From: an uncultured bacterium
Lineage (GTDB): Bacteria > CSSED10-310 > CAZUFC01
Assembly (NCBI GenBank): GCA_964619725.1
Contig: CAZUFC010000154.1
Coordinates: 1 to 17,856 of the forward strand
DNA length: 17,856 bases
Direction of reading: 5' to 3'
Shown: positions 1-5,634 of the stretch, piece by piece
How positions within the stretch are numbered: the stretch's first letter is position 1
Layout of the letters: each line of letters starts with the position of its first letter
Made by a program: the position numbers and the translations under genes
Notes under the pieces: generated by a model
Database searches by the model: none
What the model saw: only the letters and a program-made list of their open reading frames with translations
Told to the model about the DNA's origin: nothing

Positions 1-189
1 TTTTTTTCGCCCGTTGAAAACCGCTTCGGACCGCCTGAGAAATTATTGGATTTTTTCAGCCATTGGCCGCGAAACATAACAACCCCGATCCCGAAACAAA
101 CGACCCTCAATGAAAAAGAGGGGATTTCAATCATTCAAGTGTTTTATGAAAAAGTGTAACCCCCGGTTTGATCAGTCCCAAAAATCTTA

Positions 190-253
190 ATGAAAAGCAA
201 TCCCCCAAGCATCCCAAAAATAACCCAATCTAACTTCCCCTCTCCATTCATGG
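190..253 (+). repeat. Dispersed repeat copy: 30-bp C/A-rich unit (201-230) followed by the left half of a REP-like palindrome; homologous to 3088-3151
   Basis: 201-230 tcccccaagcatcccaaaaataacccaatc matches 3026-3055 and 3099-3128 at 27/30. It continues as taacttcccctctccattcatgg versus ttactccccctctccattcatgg at 3129-3151. Confidence 0.9.
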
Positions 254-305
254 AATACGTATTAGGATAAGCTTTACTTCATTACTTCTCAATATGTTGG
301 CTGAT
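254..305 (+). repeat. 52-bp repeat, inverted copy of 2819-2870
   Basis: aatacgtattaggataagctttacttcattacttctcaatatgttggctgat equals the reverse complement of 2819-2870 at 49/52 positions. Confidence 0.92.
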
Positions 306-307
306 GA

Positions 308-427
308 ATCGTTGTCGTTGTCAGTGAAGCGGTTGTCGTTGTCGGAGTATCGTGCGCAATGAATTTTAAACCCAATTTCACATGAATGAACTTCAGGTTT
401 AAATTCGACAGCGACAACGACAACGAT
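308..427. repeat. Inverted repeat built from (GTTGTC)n / (GACAAC)n hexamers, with an inner AT-rich inverted repeat
   Basis: 308-322 atcgttgtcgttgtc is the exact reverse complement of 413-427 gacaacgacaacgat. Inner 361-372 gaattttaaacc pairs with 396-406 ggtttaaattc with one bulge. Confidence 0.8.
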
Positions 428-501
428 CACGACAATTAATACATTTTTAACGTTTTTTGCTTTAAAAACAATGATTGGTTCCTGTTATCCTGATGCCAAA
501 G

Positions 502-535
502 CCATGAATGGAGAGGGGGCCGGGTGTGAGGTCAA
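502..535 (+). repeat. Right half of REP-like palindrome with GC-rich tail
   Basis: 502-518 ccatgaatggagagggg is the exact reverse complement of 237-253. The tail atggagagggggccgggtgtgaggtcaa closely matches 3148-3176. Confidence 0.88.
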
Positions 536-587
536 TAAGTTTTTTTCAAGTTTTAAACTGCAATCACAATCAGTATCGGTATCAGTC

Positions 588-905
588 TTATATCTCTTCT
601 TCCGTCTTGCCGGGTTCCGGCGGCAAGGGCATAAGTATCCACAGAATAAGGTAAATGAGAATTCCCCAGCCGCCGATGAAGGTCAAAATAATGAAAGCCA
701 GACGGATAAAAGTAACAGGAATGGCAAGCTGTTTCGCCAATCCTGCGCATATGCCGAGCAGCCTGGCATGCTTGCGGGACCTGGTCCATCCGACAAGAAA
801 CCGTTTTCTGTCCAGCCAGGCGCCGCAATAGCGGCACTTTATCGCCTCAGCCTTTATTTCTTCGGCGCAGAAGGGACATTTTTTTAATTTGTTTTGATTG
901 CACAT
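588..905 (-). CDS. pspC: PspC-domain membrane protein with N-terminal zinc ribbon (105 aa)
   Basis: CPFCAEEIKAEAIKCRYCG zinc ribbon, then a PspC-type motif RSRKHARLLGICAGLAKQLAIPVTFIRLAF...ILIYLILWILMP. Start moved from 968 to the ATG at 905 because AAAGGAG lies 8 nt upstream. The 968 start, overlapping the anti-sigma stop, is the alternative. Confidence 0.88.
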   Translation of the reverse strand: MCNQNKLKKCPFCAEEIKAEAIKCRYCGAWLDRKRFLVGWTRSRKHARLLGICAGLAKQLAIPVTFIRLAFIILTFIGGWGILIYLILWILMPLPPEPGKTEEEI

Positions 906-964
906 TTCTGAGGCTCCTTTGCCTGAGGCTTTTGAAAGCGTTCGGGAATAATTCCTACGCTTTT

Positions 965-1468
965 TCAAATTCTTTCATAGTTTAAAGAGTTATGGCTGCG
1001 ATTCTTTTCATTTTCATTGATTACGCCGGCCAGCAGGGGAATGGCTCCATAGGTCAATCCTGTAATAGTGAGCGTAGCGATGGAAAAGAAGACCAGGTAG
1101 AGATAACCCAGAGTCGGAGAAATATAATCGGCGAGCAGATTAAACCCGACGCTGGCCCAGAACCAGTTGATCAGGATGAGCAGGGGAAGGCAGAGCAGAC
1201 CGGCGAGGGTCAGTCTCAGGGTCAATTTTCTTGTTTTAAGCCTGGTAAACTCGTTTTCAGCCATCTCTGTGAGATTATTCAGCGTTTGCTTATCGAGCGG
1301 CTGCGGCGCTGCGGCTGAATTGAGGGAAAGCGCTGCCGGTTCGAGTTTCGCTATCTCTGTCCTGCAAAATTCACAAGATTCGATGTGCCGTTGCATGTCG
1401 GGCGACAATTCCGTACGGGGCAGCCGTTCCAGCCAATCGCCGAATTTCGGACAAATATCTTTTTTCAT
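965..1468 (-). CDS. Zinc-binding (ZAS-type) transmembrane anti-sigma factor
   Basis: N-terminal Cys plus HxxxCxxC (HIESCEFC). Two hydrophobic helices (LTLAGLLCLPLLILINWFWASVGF and LGYLYLVFFSIATLTITGLTYGAIPLLAGV). ATGA overlap with the stop of the upstream sigma gene. Confidence 0.85.
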   Translation of the reverse strand: MKKDICPKFGDWLERLPRTELSPDMQRHIESCEFCRTEIAKLEPAALSLNSAAAPQPLDKQTLNNLTEMAENEFTRLKTRKLTLRLTLAGLLCLPLLILINWFWASVGFNLLADYISPTLGYLYLVFFSIATLTITGLTYGAIPLLAGVINENEKNRSHNSLNYERI

Positions 1469-2139
1469 GATCCTTGCCTCGAATCCTCAAAATACAGTCG
1501 AAGTTTGCTCATAGCCGTATGCAGCCTGCTTTTTACAGTACCGGGAGGAATGGATAATGCCTGGGCTATTTCTTCATGCGTCAGGCCGCTGTAAAATTTC
1601 AGCGCCACGGTTTCCCGTAATTTAGGGGAAAGGGATTTCATCGCCCTGGATATTTCCAGCTCGTTTTCCGCATTACTGGCTGCCGCCGCCTGTTTATCCA
1701 GTCCTGCCGAGTCTGCATGTTCGGGATGAGCGGATAGTTTCAGGATGCTGCGCAGGCGTTCACGGCGAAAATAAGTCCGGCAACAGTTAACGGCAATTTT
1801 AATCAGCCACGGCGCCAGAGGTCGGGATGCATCATATTGATGAAATTTTCTAATGACCTGGACCCAGGTGTTTTGAAGAATATCATCGGACGCGCTGCGA
1901 GAACCCGTCATTTTAAGGAGTATGACATATATTCTGTCGGAGTAGCGAGTCGCGAGTTCGCCCAGCAGGTCGGTCCTTCCTGCCCGTATACGTTCCGCCA
2001 GGACGCTTTCCGGTGAATTAAAGCTGGTTTCGAGTTTTCTCCTCATTGGTTCTGCAGTAGCAGGCTGACACCCTTCAGCGCCGTTAAATCCGTTCAGAAG
2101 CGATGCCGGTTTCAGAATCCATGCAGAGGTGACTATCAT
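1465..2139 (-). CDS. ECF-family RNA polymerase sigma-70 factor (RpoE/SigW-like)
   Basis: Region 2: SASDDILQNTWVQV...PWLIKIAVNCC. Region 4: LSPKLRETVALKFYSGLTHEEIAQALSIPPGTVKSRLHTA. GAGG RBS upstream of 2139. Alternative start at 2046. Confidence 0.95.
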   Translation of the reverse strand: MIVTSAWILKPASLLNGFNGAEGCQPATAEPMRRKLETSFNSPESVLAERIRAGRTDLLGELATRYSDRIYVILLKMTGSRSASDDILQNTWVQVIRKFHQYDASRPLAPWLIKIAVNCCRTYFRRERLRSILKLSAHPEHADSAGLDKQAAAASNAENELEISRAMKSLSPKLRETVALKFYSGLTHEEIAQALSIPPGTVKSRLHTAMSKLRLYFEDSRQGS

Positions 2140-2244
2140 GGTTCATCCTCACATCAACAATAAATCATTATTTAACGCTTTCGGCAACCCTTTTCAGGCT
2201 GCAGATAAAATATCCCGTTGAAAGCGCTGCCCACGCTTTCCCCC

Positions 2245-2649
2245 TCAGCCATTGTTCACATCGGTCGTTGACTGATCCTCTTGGATAGTCCGGTATCCGA
2301 TGCGGCAGGCGCGTATTATCCTTTCTATCGGCGATCTTCCATTTTTTTCATAGGGCGTAAGCAACCACACGGCCAGGTATGCAATCAATCCCAGTCCGTG
2401 ATACAGAGTCAAAATGACGAATAACACTCGCCAGGCTAAAACGGGAACGCTCGTATTCACGGCGAGCATGCTGCAAACGCCGAAGATTTTTCTGCCCGGC
2501 AAATTCCGGGACCAGGAAGATAATGTCTCTGCAGCGTTCAGCGTACTGCGACACCATCTGCATTTCACCGCTTCCGCTTTAATCTGTTCAAAACAATAGG
2601 GACAGGTTTTCATCTCCTGACCCTTTTCAGAGGTTTCTTCAGAATTCAT
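2245..2649 (-). CDS. pspC: PspC-domain membrane protein with N-terminal zinc ribbon (134 aa); paralogue of 588-905
   Basis: CPYCFEQIKAEAVKCRWC ribbon, then RKIFGVCSMLAVNTSVPVLAWRVLFVILT...LIAYLAVWLLTP. Start set at ATG 2649, preceded by AAAGGAG. Alternative start at 2682. Confidence 0.85.
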   Translation of the reverse strand: MNSEETSEKGQEMKTCPYCFEQIKAEAVKCRWCRSTLNAAETLSSWSRNLPGRKIFGVCSMLAVNTSVPVLAWRVLFVILTLYHGLGLIAYLAVWLLTPYEKNGRSPIERIIRACRIGYRTIQEDQSTTDVNNG

Positions 2650-2687
2650 TTTCCGCTCCTTTCCGGTCTTCCGACCTTTCATAAGTT

Positions 2688-2715
2688 ACTACGCGCCGGC
2701 GGGGAATTTGGTTCG
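2688..2715 (-). promoter_or_regulatory. Putative ECF-sigma-dependent (autoregulatory) promoter
   Basis: Minus strand reads cGAACC-aaattccccgccggcg (16 nt)-CGTAgt. This fits the ECF pattern of AAC in the -35 and CGT in the -10 (compare SigW TGAAAC-N16-CGTA). It lies about 40 nt upstream of the first gene of the sigma cassette. Confidence 0.7.
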
Positions 2716-2818
2716 GTTTTACTTTTGCTTTTTTTTAAGGAATTTTATCGGAACAACTCAATAGTTTTATAAAACCGACATAAAAAAGTTTTTTCGGCAT
2801 TGATCAGAATTACGTCCT

Positions 2819-2870
2819 ATCAGCCGACATATTGAGAAGTAATGACGTAAAGCTTATCATAATACGTATT
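2819..2870 (-). repeat. 52-bp repeat, inverted copy of 254-305
   Basis: Reverse complement matches 254-305 at 49/52. It ends in the perfect palindrome aatacgtatt. Confidence 0.92.
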
Positions 2871-3025
2871 TCGCAAGCGGTATGGCTTTGTTTTAAATGA
2901 ATTTTTTGGATCGGCTGTTTTTTTTCGTCAAACATTTCACAATTATTACCAGTCAATCTCATGCGATGTGAATGAGGTGTAAAAAGAAACTTCTCTGAAA
3001 CCAGACATAAACCATCCCAAAGAAG

Positions 3026-3128
3026 TCCCCCAACCATCCATAAAATAACCCAATCAAATTCCAGGAATGGAAAACGGACGAATATACATGAAGCGTAATC
3101 CCCCAACCATCCATAAAATAACCCAATC
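3026..3128 (+). repeat. Two identical 30-bp direct repeats separated by 43 bp
   Basis: tcccccaaccatccataaaataacccaatc occurs at 3026-3055 and 3099-3128. A third, diverged copy is at 201-230. Confidence 0.92.
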
Positions 3129-3133
3129 TTACT

Positions 3134-3176
3134 CCCCCTCTCCATTCATGGAGAGGGGGCCGGGGGGTGAGGTCAA
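3134..3176 (+). repeat. Intact REP-like palindromic element (CCCCCTCTCCAT-TC-ATGGAGAGGGGG plus ccggggggtgaggtcaa tail)
   Basis: Perfect 12-bp inverted repeat at 3134-3145/3148-3159 with a GC-rich tail. The same element appears split at 237-253 and 502-535. Confidence 0.85.
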
Positions 3177-3354
3177 CCCACCAACAACCATCAAAACTCC
3201 AAGCCGTTAATCCGGCAAATATTTTATGTTTTCTTTGTAAGTTACCAGCCGCAATCAGTATTTGATCAGACCCAATGGCCTATATTCCAAGCAATTGAAT
3301 CATCAGCGCCTGTGCATCCTGGTGCGTTTAATTAACTTAAAAGACAGCCGCTTT

Positions 3355-5616
3355 CTAATGACTATGAATATCCATCCGTGACTTTCCCGGAATGCAGATA
3401 AAGAAGATGAAGGCTGGAAGAATCAGGAGAAGCGCTGTGCCGGTATGTGAGAGTAGTGGTATTACGGGCGGCGTTGGAGTATGTGTAATAGTAGGAGTAG
3501 GAGACGTGGGCGTAAGGGTAGCGGTCAGCGTCGGCGATTTTGTGGGCGAAGCGGTCGGGGAGAAGGAGGCAGTAGGCGTTGGCGAAAGAGTGGGCGAGAC
3601 GGTCGGAGAAGCCGTTGCTGATGCCGAAGGCGTGGCGGATGCTGTCATTGTCGGAGTTTCCGTGGGCGTGTCAGTGGTCTCCGGCGTTGTCGTAATCGTG
3701 GGTGTCGGCTGACAGTAATAGGTAAATATCCCTTCATCGGTCATCCAACCGGCAATATCGTCGACAGGCTCCGAGAATGTTGCTGGAAATTCTTCTTCCT
3801 GTTCGCATGTTTCACAAATAACCGTGAAATTGAGTAATATTATGGTGTCGTTGTTGTGGGTCGTAATGGGTTCCGAAGAGAATCCGCCTATACGCAGGCG
3901 TCCTGGTTCGGGATTATTGCAGAGCAGGTAGGGCCATTCCGCCGTCAGGGCGCCGGGTTCCCAGGAGGAGTATTCCAGAACGTTCGAGGGGTAATGAAGA
4001 TTGAACCCGAAGGCATCGACGGGTGTATCGGGATTGGATATGGATACTGGCATTTGTATTGTATCGTCGATGCATCCTGAAGCGTTTTGAATGCTGATGA
4101 GATCGCAATCAAATGTGAAAGCGCCGTCCTGGGAAGGCCACCGGTGAATATCATCAACGAAACCGCCCAGGTGCAGAGGAGAGGAATCATTAATGTTGCA
4201 GTTTTCGCAGGCGACTGTAAATTTAAGGATTAAAATACTCCCTGTACTGCCGGGAGGGATAGAATCCGCAGCGAAACCTCCGGCCCTTATCCGTCCGGCA
4301 TCTGCGGCGTTACAATGCAGGTAAGGCCAATCGTCCGTCAGATCGCCGTAATCGCAAGAAGCGAATTGAAGCATTTCCGGGTCATAATGGAAGTCGAACC
4401 CGAAGGCATCGACAGCCGTATCGTTGTTGGATATCAGGACAGGTATTTCGATTTCAGCGCCGGAGCATGCTGAGACATTTTCAACCCAGATCATATCGTC
4501 AGTGGGAGTTGAAGTGGCTTCAGGGGTGAACGTCGGTTCGGGCGTCGACGTAGGTACGGGCGTATTGGTAATGGTTGGCGTGAGAGTTACCGTCGGAGTC
4601 AGCGTGACCGTGCAGGTGGGAGTCGGAGTGCAGTAAAAAGTGAAAGCGCCGTCCTGAGAAATCCAGAGATGAACATCGTCCTTCAGGTTGCTCAAATGAA
4701 ACAGAGAGGTGTCTCCGTTATCGCATGACGGGCAGGTGATATTGAGCGTGAGGGTAAGAAGAGCGCCGGCGCTTCCCGTCGGTATGGCTTCGACCGCGAA
4801 TCCTCCTGCCCTCAGCCGGCCGGGTTCGGGATTGCTGCAGTTTATGTAGGGCCAATCCTGGGTAAGGTTTCCGGGTTCAAAATCCGCATATTCGAGCATT
4901 TCCGGATTGAAATTCAAGTCGAAACCGAAGGAATCCACGGGGGTATCGGGGTTATTGATGAAGACGGATACTTGAGCGGTTTCGCCGGTGCAGCCCGTGG
5001 CGTCGCCGGTCCAGATCAGGTCGTCGGTCGGGGTGAAAGTAGGCAAGGGCGTCGGCGATGCGGTGGGTGAAAGGGTTGGAGTTGCAGTGGGAGATAAGGT
5101 CGGGGAATAAGTGGGAGTGGAAGTGGGATAACAGAAATAGGTAAATGTTCCCGTTTCAGCCGTCCATCCGGATATGTCGTCTACCAGTCCGTCAAGATAC
5201 ACTTCACATTCGTCGAACTGATCGCACGCCTGGCAGTTCACAGTAAACGTCAGTACGGCTATGGTTCCCGAACTGCCCGCAGGGATAGCTCTCGTGCTGA
5301 ACCCGCCGATACGGACGCTTCCCTCATCCGTTTCATTGCAGTAAAGAAACGGCCAGTAAAATGTCAGTTCACCCACATCGCACTCAACGAATTCCAGCAT
5401 GTCAGGGCAATAGTGCAGGTCGCAACCGAAGGAATCGAGCGGCGTATCGTCGTTCGAGATGGATACGGCAATGTTTATAGAGTCTCCATTGCAACCTGTG
5501 CTGTTTTCGACACGGAGAAGGTCGCCCCGGAATGCCGGGGTATGTCCGGCTGCCGGGGAAACCTCCACCGCGACGAAAAACATTGCAGTTAAGCTTATTA
5601 TGACGAACCATTTCAT
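3355..5616 (-). CDS. Secreted, membrane-anchored scaffoldin-like protein: four cohesin-like domains, Pro/Thr linkers and IPTL-CTERM-like anchor (753 aa)
   Basis: Signal peptide MKWFVIISLTAMFFVAVEVSPAAG. Four 131-aa repeats (aa 32-162, 199-329, 374-504, 505-635) with a cohesin-like pattern (V.I.N.DT.VD.FGF.L.Y.P.MLEF....G.LT; AIP.GS.G.I..L.F.V). PT-rich linkers. C-terminus VIPLLSHTGTALLLIL followed by a hydrophobic helix and a basic tail. Confidence 0.85.
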   Translation of the reverse strand: MKWFVIISLTAMFFVAVEVSPAAGHTPAFRGDLLRVENSTGCNGDSINIAVSISNDDTPLDSFGCDLHYCPDMLEFVECDVGELTFYWPFLYCNETDEGSVRIGGFSTRAIPAGSSGTIAVLTFTVNCQACDQFDECEVYLDGLVDDISGWTAETGTFTYFCYPTSTPTYSPTLSPTATPTLSPTASPTPLPTFTPTDDLIWTGDATGCTGETAQVSVFINNPDTPVDSFGFDLNFNPEMLEYADFEPGNLTQDWPYINCSNPEPGRLRAGGFAVEAIPTGSAGALLTLTLNITCPSCDNGDTSLFHLSNLKDDVHLWISQDGAFTFYCTPTPTCTVTLTPTVTLTPTITNTPVPTSTPEPTFTPEATSTPTDDMIWVENVSACSGAEIEIPVLISNNDTAVDAFGFDFHYDPEMLQFASCDYGDLTDDWPYLHCNAADAGRIRAGGFAADSIPPGSTGSILILKFTVACENCNINDSSPLHLGGFVDDIHRWPSQDGAFTFDCDLISIQNASGCIDDTIQMPVSISNPDTPVDAFGFNLHYPSNVLEYSSWEPGALTAEWPYLLCNNPEPGRLRIGGFSSEPITTHNNDTIILLNFTVICETCEQEEEFPATFSEPVDDIAGWMTDEGIFTYYCQPTPTITTTPETTDTPTETPTMTASATPSASATASPTVSPTLSPTPTASFSPTASPTKSPTLTATLTPTSPTPTITHTPTPPVIPLLSHTGTALLLILPAFIFFICIPGKSRMDIHSH

Positions 5617-5634
5617 TCGATCATTTCCCTTCGC

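Noticed and set aside
1-77. Possible start of a minus-strand CDS (MFRGQWLKKS...) running off the window
   Set aside because: Only 25 codons are visible, the RBS is weak and there is no recognisable motif.
248-430. 60-aa ORF on the minus strand
   Set aside because: The VVV and DNDND runs come from the hexamer inverted repeats. No RBS or domain is evident.
3026-3128. CRISPR array
   Set aside because: Only two adjacent repeats and one spacer. The repeat is non-palindromic and low-complexity, no cas genes are present, and a third copy lies 2.8 kb away attached to a REP-like element.
2810-3145. 111-aa ORF on the minus strand
   Set aside because: It runs through the 30-bp, REP-like and 52-bp repeats, has no recognisable domain and starts inside a palindrome. 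Probably spurious.
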